A stretch of 63,638 nt of DNA, filler included, from Choristocarpus tenellus KU-1152 (lineage: Eukaryota > Protista > Phaeophyceae), in the NCBI GenBank assembly GCA_964200185.2. It is 12 parts of 12 records of this genome, joined end to end, with 100 filler letters (N's around TTAATTAATTAA, not from the genome) between each part and the next. Parts side by side here need not be neighbours in the genome. Positions count along the whole stretch, not along the records: positions 13,749 to 30,611 come from CAXNAD020000751.1; positions 30,712 to 34,341 come from CAXNAD020018854.1; positions 34,442 to 41,747 come from CAXNAD020006367.1; 9 more parts are not named here. One strand, 5' to 3'. Of the stretch, positions 25,901-39,176 are shown piece after piece. The notes beneath the pieces are model-generated. The model ran no database searches and was not told where the DNA came from. It saw nothing but the letters and a program-made list of their open reading frames with translations. The position numbers and the translations under genes were made by a program. The stretch's first letter is position 1. Each line of letters opens with the position of its first letter.

Positions 25901-27178
25901 GCGTACCATCAAGGGTGATGGGTGGGGGGAATTGATACCTGCACAAAATCTTCGGACTGCACTGTGTACTGTGGGACAGCCATTGGAGACAAGTGAAATG
26001 GATGGCCTCTTGGAGAGTGGAGATCCAGCGAAAACAGGGTGAGAGCCAAAGAGGGGGGTGCCATTGATCACAAGGGGTCTTTGTGATTGACTTCAGGATT
26101 TGATGTTGTATGTGGAGGTCAAGTATTAGGGAAAAGACAATTTCTTTCATCCAGACACATAACCTATATGCACAGACTCCTCATGGGGACTGTCTGCACC
26201 TGACCCATGGAAATTCGGTGTCAGGTGCAACAATTTAATATCCTCCTCCCGTAAGATAGAAATGGCCACCATACACCCCCCTCTAGGATACTGTGGCTCT
26301 GAGCAGGTTGCCCGAGTTATCATCTTCCTTACCTTGAAATTGTGTGTGCTACCAGATGCATGCAGGCTCAGGGGTGCACATACACACATGTACACATGGA
26401 CACGCACTCACACATGCACACACATACACAGATAGAGGCCTATGCTGATGCTCACACTCACGTTGGTGTTCAGGTACATCTCGTGCTCGAAGGTCTCTGA
26501 CATCCTGTCGGGTGAACGATTAAGGCCACTGAAGGATGGTACGTGCATTGGCAATAACAATATTTGTTTTTACCCGTGGTTGACAACTATGACACTGCTC
26601 TGTAGGCCTCCTAACATCAAACTAGAAGCGCTTCAACTTCTCGCTTGCCCACACTTCTTCATGTTGTGCCTGAGAACGAGATCTGAATTTGTTCAGACGA
26701 ATTGTCTTTGACTCCCAGTTCTATCATGGAAAAGTCAATATAGCCAAATCCTGGACCAACCTCCTACACCTTCCCCCCCAATAACTTGTCAAGCTCGGAA
26801 ACTCTATGATATATTGTGGTGCAGTGAATTACACCCAATTAGGATTGCTACGTCATTACCAAAGTACACCACAACCTATCGGCAGATTTCCCCTCCCGAA
26901 AGTGTTTGACTCTCTCTCCCCACATTTTCTTCTTAGTTGTCACATTCCCCATACATTTCTAGTACAGGTACTATATACATCATCACAGTAGTAGATACCT
27001 TGAAAAAATATATTCCGGAGTACTTCAGTGTATGCCATGGGGTTCCTCTACCCTGCCCACAGGAGTTGCCTTTTATGAGGATGATGATGTGGTCTCAAAG
27101 ATGAAACGAAGGAGGCAGGAGAGAGAGGAAGCGGTTTCCAGGGCTACCCCAACAGTGACAAACGGAGTGAATCTGTAA
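19928..27178 (+). CDS. Multi-exon PH domain, ankyrin repeat and C-terminal EF-hand-like protein; exons approx. 19928-20027, 20112-20489, 21251-21396, 21741-21962, ~24380-24598, ~25000-26038, ~26474-26538, ~27063-27178
   Basis: PH: IFEGPLSKL..WKPRW..IKFY..QNQWYSAIEK; ANK: IFKACQLGD..NLYGCVPLHYAA and LMSHGADAYIVNDIGEDPLSLA; calmodulin-like LRTALCTVGQPLETSEMDGLLESGDPAKTG-YIS. The first four exons join in phase; middle boundaries are uncertain. Confidence 0.8.
22150..22527 (+). repeat. Tandem duplication, period ~203 bp, intronic
   Basis: CTTCAAAGCAC..TAGAATyGCAATGGCCATAGAATACAAAG..TGAACTGTAGGAAGAAAGTATGTTACCAT..TTCACTGGCATG occurs twice. Confidence 0.9.
23594..23852 (+). mobile_element. MITE family A, copy A3
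   Basis: Full TIRs; TSD AGA (3 bp). Confidence 0.9.
23971..24228 (-). mobile_element. MITE family A, copy A4
   Basis: Full TIRs; TSD AAT (3 bp). Confidence 0.9.
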
Positions 27179-29723
27179 CGCTTTTCATGCTATAACTCCA
27201 ATGCAGAGGATTCGTAGCAAAGGTACCTTAAGATACGTAATATATTCTTTCTTAATTAATGATACACAGTGATGTATGCCCAGGTAGATGGATGCCCCCC
27301 TGGGCCTTGGCTGCTGGTGTTTATTTTGGTGAATATTTTGCCTGCCAGGTATGAGTGACTCGACCCTGTTTGTTGCTTTTTCGCTGTGATTTCTCTTTGA
27401 ATATTCAATTCTATATATAGAAGTGTCTTTGCTTCTTATTCTTTTTACTATTTTGCTTTTCTTGTTCAATTTTTGCTTTCTCCTCCAACTCCTTTTGACC
27501 ATGTGTCCAAGGCTATTCTTAATTTGAAAACAATGAAATTATGGAATACAGTAGATTCCCAATCCATATTCAAACTTCTCCTCCACAAAGCCAAGTACCT
27601 CACCCTCTCTCCAACCTTGTCCCCTTACTTAGGCATTGAGAATTTTGGCCTCACCTGATTGAGCAAACCATTGCCTACTTCCATCTGCCTTCTGCATGCT
27701 GTGCTTATGTATGTATTGTTGTATTATTGTATGTATAAACTGAGGTCATCCCAATAGATAGAGATGGTGGGATGGTTGCAGGACAAACAAATGCACCCAA
27801 GTGTTAACTAGGCAATTCTATCGGGATGATTGGTGCTACTCAGACCCTGTCATCTACCCTCTCAATCTTGGCACCAATCTATTGTAAAATGTGAGGAACA
27901 TTTATGGCCTCCAAAGAAGAGGTAGGAGGTTGGACCTTGCCAGGAGGCAAATCGACTACAGCGCAAAACAGAGCTGGAGGTCTTCAACTAGAGAGTTCTA
28001 CCATGGTTTCACTATTAATATTAGCAGAAGTTCAGATTGTGAGTATTTATATACTTGAAAGTGATCAGACTGTACTGGTTCTTCTGTTCAGAACCCCATG
28101 ACTCAAGGTTGTACAGTGACATGTTCTATACCGGAGGCGACTACCTACCAGAAACTACTGGAATGCTGGGAAAAAGGAAGTATTCTTGCATAGTCAGAAC
28201 TTGATGTGTTGAGAGGATATCCACATGGGCACTTTACAGGCTATAGTGAGAGCAGACTATTGCTATGATACCACTGCCTTCCAAGCAAAATCTCTTCATT
28301 GCACGTGTCGTTGGTTTGTTTCAACTACTCCTGCTTCATGAGTTTCGTGTACCACAAGGGTGTTCTTCAAGACAGTCCAAGAAGAGCTGAGCTGATATCA
28401 AAGCTAGATAGTTCTAAGCATCAAAGCAATCTGGCACACCAGAGCACTCTAAAGTATACTGGAGTGTGTGTGCTTGAAGCATCAATATTACAGTCCTATT
28501 TTTTCATCATGCATGGACTTACATCTACTGTCATGTACCCTTTGAAGCATCTCCACAAGGTAACATATCGAAGAGCTGAATATTGTTCAATGGGTTACAG
28601 TTGTCCCACAGAAGATGAAGCAAGCCAGTCGTCACAGGTTTGCTACCTATTCCAAACAGCATCTATCCAACAAATACACAACAGCCAAACAACCACAACA
28701 ACCAATTTCCGAATACCCTAAAGCAAAGGGTGAAAGGAAACCCCTCTGCCCATCTTGCCTGGCAGAAACAGATGACAATATGTGTACCCAACAACATACT
28801 TGAGAATGTGCAGCAAACAGGAATCACTATACAATACCCCACAGCCATCTGAACTCGTTTCTGACTCTAAGCCCCACCTCGTCCGACCTTTGTGAGAAAA
28901 CGAATGTCTGCATCAATTTGTCTTTCACACTGATCCAATGTCACCCTCTGACGGTCTAGAAGTTTCCACCTCCCCCCTCCCAACAATCATGGGTACAAAT
29001 CTTCTACCTGTTGCAAAGTGAGAGATAGTCAGCACTAGGCGGTTGAGGCCCCTCCAAATCACCCGTCTGATATGGTGCTAATATGTGTCAAGGACCAACA
29101 TGTGCAATAGGAACCATGATCGTCACGGGCATATCCTCTCCACAGTATTCTGCTCTATGAACCAACTCTCTCTGTAGAATCTATCAATGTCTCAATCTAG
29201 CTGCTGATGTGGCAGCAGTTCCATGTTCTTCATTGTGTTAGAGGAGGGGGGGCAATGAATGAAACAGATGCTTGACTTACTATTTGACAAGGACATTGGC
29301 GGATTAACTGGGGGGGTCAACTCTTATCATCACCTCAACTACACACAACCAGGTTCCAGTGTTTGTATGGGAATCAAAATACTAGGAACAACAATCAGTA
29401 GCATGGAAATAGATAAGAGTAAGAAAAAGGGTGACATAAAATTGCACATGCATCACAGGAATTCCATTTTCAGCAGAGTCTCCTAATTGGTACAGAGGAC
29501 AGCCTTTCGTGAGAGAGGAATTGCATCTCGAAATAAATTTGACCACAAAAATAATGTATTTGTTCATATTAATTAAAATCAAAGCAACCGTCCGTATCCC
29601 CTTCCTGTCATCATTTACTCATCTTTGGCAAACACATGGCATCCCTGTGTAGCCCCAGAGTCAACATCAACAAGGGAGAAAAATATATGTATATGGGCTC
29701 ATGCATTACAAAACACAAAAATG

Positions 29724-30540
29724 TCAAACATCGCTCATTGGTGCAATACTGTTCCCCACATCGCCACCTTCGTCCCCATCTCGATCCTCCTCAAATGGCA
29801 GTCCCATATCCTTTGTCCCCACTTCTGGCAATTCCTCAGCCTTGACACGCTTCAGAGGCGGGCCTCCTCCCAAAGGTGGAGGGTAGTGAGTTGGTTTATC
29901 ACCTGAGCTCAGCTCAGCACTATCCCATTCTTGATGCCTGTCAGCTGTGTCAATGGCACCATTTGTAGTAATGGCCTCTGTCTTGGCCATCAAAGGTGCC
30001 GACCAAGTTACATCTGTTGCTGCAAGCCCTAGGTCTGGACTACTTTCTCCCTCAGACGATAATGATTGCTTTTTTGGGGTTGGTGTTCCCGGGATAAGAT
30101 CATTCCATCTAATGACCTCTCTGTCTCGCAGGCCACTGACATCAAGGCAAAGTTTGTGCACAATGATTTGCCGCGTTGCTTCATTGCCTTCCCCAAGTTT
30201 ATCAAGCCCATACCCCTCTGTGTCCCCATCCAATCCTGTCTCCCCTTCACCCTCACCTGATCCATCTACCCCTCCCCCGTGGATTTCCACATAACAGGCA
30301 TTAGCGTACATCCACTCCTCTTCATCATTATCATAGTACATCTCAAAACGATCCCCACATATGCGGCACTTGGTGAAACGTTCATCTGCTGGAACACAGG
30401 ACTCCCCCTTGCCCCCATCCTCGTCCCCAGCCTCACCACTGACACCAGCAGCTCCACCATCATCCCCAGCCCCAGCCCCCATCCCACCTGCTCCAGTGCC
30501 ACCATTACCAGAGCTCTCTCCCCCTGCCCCCTCCCCCTCC
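29724..30540 (-). CDS. PCF11: C-terminal part of a PCF11/PCFS4-like cleavage and polyadenylation factor (partial)
   Basis: VPADERFTKCRICGDRFEMYYDNDEEEWMYANAC...IVHKLC is the PCF11 C-terminal zinc-finger signature. Confidence 0.8.
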
Positions 30541-30760
30541 CTCCCCCCGCCCAGATACTTTGAGCCAGAAGGCAGCGAAAGCAGAGCAGGATACTTGGAA
30601 CACATTCTTTCNNNNNNNNNNNNNNNNNNNNNNNNNNNNNNNNNNNNNNNNNNNNTTAATTAATTAANNNNNNNNNNNNNNNNNNNNNNNNNNNNNNNNN
30701 NNNNNNNNNNNCCCACCACCTCCCCCCCCCCAACCGGAGGGGAGGAGGGGAGAAGGGGAG

Positions 30761-30802
<42 letters not shown>

Positions 30803-30809
30803 TTGTCAC

Positions 30810-33800
30810 CTCACTAAGGTCTGCAGCTTGTTGCCTAAGAAGGGTAAGGATTGAAGGTACATCATTCCTGAGAGCCTTTCGTAGGCGCTCCACAGTGTCC
30901 ATGAGATTCTTCCGCATGCTTGACTTGCCTTGATCACCAAGGATCCTAAGGATAATCACGTAAGTTATTAGTTGTTGCGATTGGTTAACAGGAATATTTC
31001 TTAGCAGACAACATGAAGAAACACATTTTTTCTCATGGAAATCTAGCGTGCTCCCCCTGATGACACCAGTTTTGATGTTATAGTTTTCCTCAAGTCGAGT
31101 TGCACTTGACTCCCCATTTTTTGTTACAAAGGGAATAAAGCAGTAGCTTAAGTCCATTCAATGGTCACCCTATTTCCAAGGCAAACGCAATCTGTACAAG
31201 GTGATGCCCTTAAAGACAATCAAAAACGTTGAGCGAAAAAAAAAGGCTGCAAATATCCCCCCTTGAAAATCGGTCCAGAAGGAGAAAGCAAAAAAATCGT
31301 AGAGCCTCAGACTGCATTGCAATCAAAGTCCCAAATCCCTCAGGTGTTCGGCATTGGAAAAAACGAAGTACTGAAAGCTTTTCCTGTTGACATCCAATTC
31401 AAGGACCTGAGGTTTCCTTCCCATACCAATCCACTCACTGTTCCAACTCGACCCCACACAGTATCCCTTCCATCCTTGCAGAAGCAGCATTTACAAAGCC
31501 ATTATAGATTATGTCAGGACTTTGCATATCCTGAGCATGCAAAGTACATTTTCACACGCACATCGAGGAGAAAGTGTGAACAGTACACAAGTGAAGGGAG
31601 GAGGAGGTTAGAGATGAAGGGAAGGATAGCAAACGATCCTTTATCTTTGCGCTAATGGTAGATAGAAAACGATTTGTCAAGAGTCCCTCATCGCTATAAT
31701 AGTTACAAGGCGAGCAAGACCATACCACCCTCTCCTCCCCGTACTTAGTCTTATTTTTTAAACCCTCTAACCCCTTCAACACACTCCTGACCCCTCTCCC
31801 AATTGTTGCACCTCCATTTCGCCCTAACCCTCAGCTTCCTCAGACATGCACACATACCTGCACTAATCCCTGTAGTTCACTCTTCAGCTCTCCGGCCTTC
31901 CGAAGGAAATCCTCCAAGCCCTTGTCTCGGATCACAGCCTGAACAGAAAGGCAGTGTGTATCCAAGTCTGGTTCCTTGGCTAATGCCCCATACCTGTGCA
32001 ACTCTGCTCGCAGCTGCTCTCTCCTTGCCTCTTCCTCCTTAGATTTATCAAGTCTAAGATGAACACAAAGAAAGTCATACAGGGAATGAGTACGTGATCA
32101 AAGGAAAGGGAAGGGGGAGAAGAGGATTGTGTGTTGATCTGACAGAGGAGTGTGAAAGGCTCTATGGTCTTGGAGGGAAAAGGAGGGGAGGTGTCTCGAA
32201 ATTGGCATAGGCGGTGTGCCTTGTCAAGCATTATCATTCGTTTGTTTCTCAATATTGCAGCGACAGAGGAGTTCTACATGAGGCATGTGTATGCCCCTAG
32301 ACATACATATATATATATATATATATATACATACGATTGTGGCAACAGGAAAAGGGAGAAAGTAGAGATCAAGCAAGTGTGCATCAAGGAAAGGCAATAA
32401 AAGACCCTGGAGTACCGGGGAAAGTAATGACAGGACCCAACCAACTCTATGTATTCTGGAGTAGTACTTCAAAATCTTGCCCTGAAGATGGTAGAATCAC
32501 ACGTGCTTGTGGCCAAGAATGCATGTTGGCGTACAGAAAAGGAAAAATAAAAAACATAGTAAAGAAGTAATAAATCAAAATTAAAGATAAAGTGAGAGAT
32601 AAAACAAATACCCTGTAGACATAAAATTAAAAGCGATAATTGTAGCTTATAAAAAAGAAAAATCAGTAGTTTCCAGAAGTATTGCTGGGATCGGGAAGAG
32701 CTCTAGAAGAACAATATATTACGCGTGTGGCAACTTCAGGTCTCAGTTTCTATATTTCATCATAGATATCCAGATATATACGCGGTTGCATTTTCTTGCA
32801 GAGGGAACACACTGAGCCACCTCATTTCACTCAGGCTCTCGTTGGTGCTTTGAATGGCCTCGATTTCGCCTTCATGCAAGGTGTTGAACTCTGACAACAT
32901 TGATGACACAGCTGCAGTGGTGAGGTCTCCCTTCACAGACAAGCAGCACAGGTGGAACGAAGGAAACAAGTGATTAACTCATTTAGACAGTCTCTCATTG
33001 GTCGGTGAATAGATACGTACCAAACCGTTTCAATACTTCAATACTTCAATACTTCAACTGCTGATGCAAATCCGTTTCGGCCTGGTCGCACTTCAGAGTT
33101 GGTACAGGCAAGGATCAGTGACAGAATGACGGTCTTTGCTCAAAATGAGAGCAAAACAAAAAAGTGGAAGGGGACGGGTATGATGATCTCCCTTACGGAA
33201 CACCCTCAGACATCACAAATCTCCATTTTTTTTTTCTTTGAGGCCAACACAGTTAGACTGTTATAGTATAAGAGGTTAATTGTACCTTGGGTGTGCACTT
33301 ATTTCGGAAAGTTCGATTTTCTACATGTCCGTTAGTGTAGTGAATTCCATATTTGCCCTGGATCTCTGACCCAGGGCGCCAAATTCCACAATAGCACCAT
33401 TCTTACGCTACAGTTACAGCTACAGTTACAGCTACAGTTATTGTCCAAAATCTCAAACTGAAACAGATTTTATCTTCAGTTCTGGTTGCGCGAGTTTTTT
33501 CAAGTTTGGGCTTGCACTGATTGGATGTCTGAAAAGTACCTTCTCTCAGACGGATACTCCAGTGACGGAACTCTCGAGCAGGTTTCTGTTTTTTTTCAAC
33601 CAAGTCACCAAAACTCGATTTTATCTGCGTGATATGAAACTCACACCGCAACTTGAACTCGTTCAAAAATGTTGAAGTTGTACTCAGAGTATATAAATGC
33701 AATGAGATCACCTCGTTTTTCTGTACAAACAAACCACAAAGACACGTGCATACACACCCTCTGCTCAGCTGATGCCTTTTACCTGTCACAAACAAACCCC

Positions 33801-34128
33801 TAGCCCACCTACCTCACTTCAGAAAAAAAAAAATGTGCTAAAGCGATAGAAAGGAAGACAATCATCCATTTGACAAACATCAATTCCTTCACAATAGTAG
33901 CCCACCCCTACCTCCTCAGCCCCAATCCCTGGTCGTAGTGCACCAAGACGCCTCAGTAGTTTAAGCCTAGTATCATGGCGTTGCAACTGCCCAGCTTTGT
34001 AGTCATGAAAAAGCTGTGTGCGTTGAGGAGGGTTGATGAAGTTGTCGGAATGAAGATCACAGTGAAACTCAGCGATTGCACGGTTGTGCCGTAGGAAACG
34101 CCAGGCATTTCTCCTTATCTCCCAGGCC
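30810..34128 (-). CDS. Internal exons of a coiled-coil protein, possibly CCDC180/DUF4455-like (partial); exons approx. 34128-33912, ~32930-32820, ~32038-31858, ~30945-30810
   Basis: Open, splice-flanked helical exons (WRFLRHNRAIAEFHCDLHSDNFINPPQR; EEEARREQLRAELHRYGAL...). The family call is from recollected similarity only. Confidence 0.55.
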
Positions 34129-34159
34129 CTGGAGAGAGGGAAGGGTGGAGGTGGGTAGT

Positions 34160-34341
34160 GGCTCAAAGTATGTGAGGAGGGGGAGTGGCGGCTGTCCATT
34201 TGGGACCAAATTTTTCCTTGTCACGATTTTTGGGTGTACTTGGTTGCATGTGTCGGATGGAAAATGTAAGTGCACTTTTCCAGGTTATGACCCAAAATGG
34301 ACACCCTGGTGTAGACCACCCCCCCCCCAAAGATACTTTGG
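34160..34341 (-). mobile_element. MITE family B copy; further copies or ends at 34490-34532, 45620-45689, 45790-45969, 49178-49346, 49447-49504 and 52230-52265
   Basis: GGCTCAAAGTAT...GTCCATTTG...AAATGGACACCCTGGTGTAGAC-C-run-AGATACTTTG. Confidence 0.85.
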
Positions 34342-37300
34342 NNNNNNNNNNNNNNNNNNNNNNNNNNNNNNNNNNNNNNNNNNNNTTAATTAATTAANNN
34401 NNNNNNNNNNNNNNNNNNNNNNNNNNNNNNNNNNNNNNNNNAAAAAAAACAAAACAGGGGCACAAAAAAAAACGCCCCCCAACAGGAGCACCCCCCCCCC
34501 CCCCCCCCCCCCCCCCTCAGATACTTTGAGCCTTACCAGTTACTGGTTAACTAGCAGTCTCGAGAAGAGTACTACATTTAAAATTAGAGACTCCGCAGGT
34601 GCATGGACAGGAGAGGCTTGACGGATCAGTGACATTATTCCCATGGTTCTCGTCTGCCTTCATAGATTCAGTTTAGGAGTTAGTTTTGACGTACCAAAAA
34701 CCAAGGCGGGAAACCCTCTTCTATGATTTGGATGTTTTTTGGTCTATTGAAGAAGCCAAGTATGGGCGTAAATAACTTTTACAAGGAAAAAAGCCTGCTC
34801 CTCACGCGTCTGGACGTACCGACATGTACGCATAAGTAAGAGAAAGTCTAATGCACCTTCAACACAGAGAAGTCTCAAGTAATTAATATCTTAGATTTTA
34901 CGTTTGTTTTTTTTCCTCAATGAAAACCTCTTCTGACCCTTTCTACATACATCTTTGCCCCTATTCTCTTTCGCACACGCAGTTCTTGCCTGGTTGATGA
35001 AGTATACTTCAATATCCTCAATCGACCGAAGTATCCATCTATTTGATATAGAATACTTCGAAGTAAGAGTGTTAAGGGGTGCCATTTTTCGATTGTTGTT
35101 GATTGTTGGGTGGATGATGTACGACGTATTTTTCGTCTGTGCATATTGCATTTTTTCGTTCTGGTAAAGTACACACTAAAACTATCCAAAAAAGGAACCT
35201 CCTCTGTTGAATCGCTGTGCATCTATGTACACGGAGTAGTAGTGTAAATTGATGTTAAGTGTAATGTCGATCAAGTTGAACCCCAAAAGTACAAGTGGAA
35301 CGAGTTATCTCCATGTATGTATAGTTACACAGACAGATAGGTAGGTCATCTATACACGGACAAGATATCCATCGCAATATAGTGTGTGAGTTTGAAGGAC
35401 TCATAAATTCTATTCCACAGTTCGAAGAATGTAGTGCTAAGTAATATAAAAAGCAATACTATGTATTTACTACGTTCACCAATCTTGAAAATTGGTTGGG
35501 TAAACCCAAGTTCTAGGCATACAAATAAGTTGAGGCTGGAGAGTAGTTCACAAATACCAGGAAGTATCAAGTTGGCATATGCTGCTGCTCAACACGGTGT
35601 TAGTTGCACATACGACCACTGACAAGAATATCCCTCGAATCAGGGAAGCTACCCACCATGAAGGATAAACTAGGATTTTCACAGGCAGGAATAGAAATTG
35701 ATCTTCGTCGTACTAGTTAACAGTGAACAGTTTTTTTACGTTACACTATTTTTTATTACTTGCCACATTATGCCGATTTTGAAGCAAAAAGTCCTGTTGT
35801 TTATAATATTCTCAAAATATCCACTCGTACTACGGTTCCTCTACTGCTACTATACTACTAATACTGAATGTTGCTGGTGTACCATAATAAGGTTGGCATT
35901 GGTGAGCTTGACGGTCTTCCGCAGTTTGTTGTAGGGTGTACAGGTCGATTGTCATGAGTGAAAATTGGCACTCTGGAAGTCCAATGCAAGATACATGAAT
36001 GATTGGTACAGTTGTGAGTCAAAGTAAACAAGGGGTTCCCAGAGCTGCATTGTAAGGATACCTGCAAATATGTGCAAAATTCGGCATTTTTCACAAATGT
36101 GTGTAGGGAATTTTCTGAATTGTGCCGAAAAGTTTCAAACAGCAGATAAACCAGCCCTTTCGAGTCAAACTTAGCATTTCATCTATAGAAATATGTGTGA
36201 ATCGCAAAAATTTGAAAACCGACTTATCAGGTTTAATGCCCAACACCTGGGTACCTCTCGTATACTTGGGCTCTATGTAGGCCGGGGAGACCTTCACCCT
36301 TAGTGAGTTATTGCTAAGGAAGGGGGATAATGCAAGCTTGAAGCAAATTCATTCCGATACCATGCATTGCTTTCATCTAATAAATGTTGTAATTCAACTC
36401 AAGTACGCCAGTAACCAAGGATTGAGGCGATGGACACCTTGAGAGTAGGGAGGAAGTTTGTGTCTATGCTTTAGCTGTCCCTGTTATATGGCATCGTCTT
36501 ACACATGCTCTGCACACACCACACAATCCTTTCAACAGGCTGCCCGTTTTGTGCTTCAAAGCATTTTATTGTCTTTTCTTTTTTAGGAAACAAAAAACAA
36601 ACAAGTCCACACCCTACGTAATACGCAAGTACCACAAGTTTATCGACCCATAGTATCCTAGAGGGAATGGCAGGTTAGGTCAGGCCGTTCATTCGGGGCT
36701 TGGTGGATTGTGGTGAAACTCCCCTGTTTGATGTCCGATTCACGGGCGATTATTTTCGGATTTTGTCTAGGCAGGGGGGTGGAAAAGGAAGGCGCGTCCA
36801 GATGAAGGAAATCTCCCTAATATCGGACACATGTTCACCCGTATGGCATGGAAATCGCTATAGGGTCACAAGGCCCTCAAAAGAAACCTGTCCCCCCCTC
36901 AAGGATACTATGGGCCATTTTGGCGAGGGTGCCCTCCTGATATTCCAGGAAATTCCGAAAAATAGATGGTTGGCAGGACGGTACGAAGATATATGAAGTT
37001 GATTGATGGTGATAGAAAAAAGTATACTTCAAATATTGTCAACGCTTTCTTCCACAGTCATGCCATTATTTATAGTAATATGAACATTTTTTGCTAATCC
37101 AGCTCGCGCCATTTATTGTCAACAACAGTCTATGTCAGACTCATGGTCAAGGATCCTATTTCGTACTGGAGATATATCCTTCCTTCCGTTTGCCAGTGAT
37201 TCCTTAAATTGGTGCTTTGTCTGGCAATGCTTCCCAGCTTGTTCATCACGTGTTGTTGAACAATAATAATGCGTTGAGTTGGTTGTGAGGGTTATTGACT

Positions 37301-39176
37301 TGACGGATCTGGGCCTCTGGAGTGACGCTCAGAAGTAGACTTCGTCCATCATCGTACTTGTGAGAATGGGTAGTGACATCACCTACCATAGGAGCTTCAG
37401 CATGGAAGGAGGCAGTCTTTTTTACTTCGTTGGCATGGCAGGTGTGTCCATGAATTTGTCAACAACGTTTTCTACACCAAGGCGTAACTGGGATCAAATC
37501 TACCAAATAGAGATCTTAGAAACTTATAAACACCTCTACCACAACGAACGGCAGACACCTATCTCGATTAGAATAAGTCGATATTTATGATTTATTTCCC
37601 TGCTTACACATTGAAACTCTCTTTTTTTTGTATATGTATGTGTGTTGTCATAGACAGTCGCATACTTCTTAGATAAGTAATTTTTGTGATATGAAATCAT
37701 CGTTTTCTGTATTTATGTATTAAATAATATGTACATAAATATTGAAATTTCCTTCGAATTTACCACATGTTCATTATTACTTCGTGTGTGTCAGAAGTGG
37801 CATTGCTTCCTACTATGCACGCTGAATCAGTTGTGTCAAGTTTTGAAGTACAGGCATTACATTAGCAGAATCCAGAATGTATGGCAGTCTTTACCACAGT
37901 GAGGTAATATTGATCCAATTGTTGGAGTAGTGCAGTCGAAATGAGGAATCAGTTGTATGCCCAAGACCAGGAATATTGGTTCTATATGAAGTGTAAAGTA
38001 TTGTGAATTTAGGAGTAGTCGCAATATAGAATAAGTGTGCATGTATGTATGTAAAACTCCTACTGATCTTCTACACGTACGTGGCCCAACAAGTTTCAGG
38101 ACAAATTGAACTTTCTTCTTCTGTGATGAGAAATAGCTCGGTTTAGCTGAGCATCCAACACACAAACGTGGTGAACGGGAGATAATTATAATACTTTAGA
38201 GTAATAAATTACATCCAGTTATATACACAACCCATCTCCATCATCATCATCACCGTTTATCATCCCCAAGTGAAGGAGAAAGCTGGCGAGAAAAGTGGAT
38301 GTGAATGCAAAGAAAGGAGGCTGTGCCAATCACCAGAAACCAGTCGCAGCCTGTGACCTAGAGTCACAGACGCTTCAGAAGTAATTGAAGTCGTAAGCAG
38401 CAACAACACCCGTCACATCGTTGAAGGTATTGCAGTGTGGAAGTAAGAAGTGGGCTTGGAGTAATCTTCAATGATCCTGGATATCTTCCCATGGGACAGA
38501 TTAATAGCAGTAGAGTTAGGAAGGTGCATTTTTAAGGTGCTTCCTTGAGGGCTTTCACCTTTTTGTAGTAGTGTGCACAAAGCGAAACACTTCAAACGTG
38601 GAAACACACGCAACATCAACACCAACACAAACGCGCAATTTTAATAGTTGTAACACTGTTGGCGTCACTACCTTTCCTTGTCTTCCCAGTCACTCCCCTT
38701 CAGTCTGAAGAGTTGAAGTGCTTTCGACCTCTACTTTGTACACAAACACACACAAACACAAAATTATTTCCAAATCTCGCGCGCGAAAGCACTTTTGCGC
38801 ACTATCATCATTGGAGGTCCAACACCTTAGTTTTGTTGTGTGTGTCCATGTGTTGCCTTGATTTCCTCCCAAAAGACAGCCGTTGGCCAGCGTCAGAGGA
38901 AGGGTGGGGAATTGAACGTATTATCGCTTCTAATGAGTGAGCCTGCTGGTGGTTTCTGGTGTTGAGATTGGTCAGGCAGGGGAGGAGGAGTCATCACAAC
39001 GGATTGATTCCAAGGGTTAGGGTGTCGAAACGTCCATCCACGATTATCAGAGATCGAAATTCAACTCTCTCAAAGGCCTCCTTGTCAAGTCAAAACAACA
39101 TCTCCTACATTATATATGGGATTGGTTCACGAGATGAATAGTGGAGGGGATGGAGAGGTCTTCTCTTTCCTTGCAG

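Noticed and set aside
30660-31157. Poly-Pro ORF continuing the PCF11-like gene across the linker
   Set aside because: The poly-Pro is an intronic C-homopolymer at a contig end, and the exon belongs to the coiled-coil gene on another contig.
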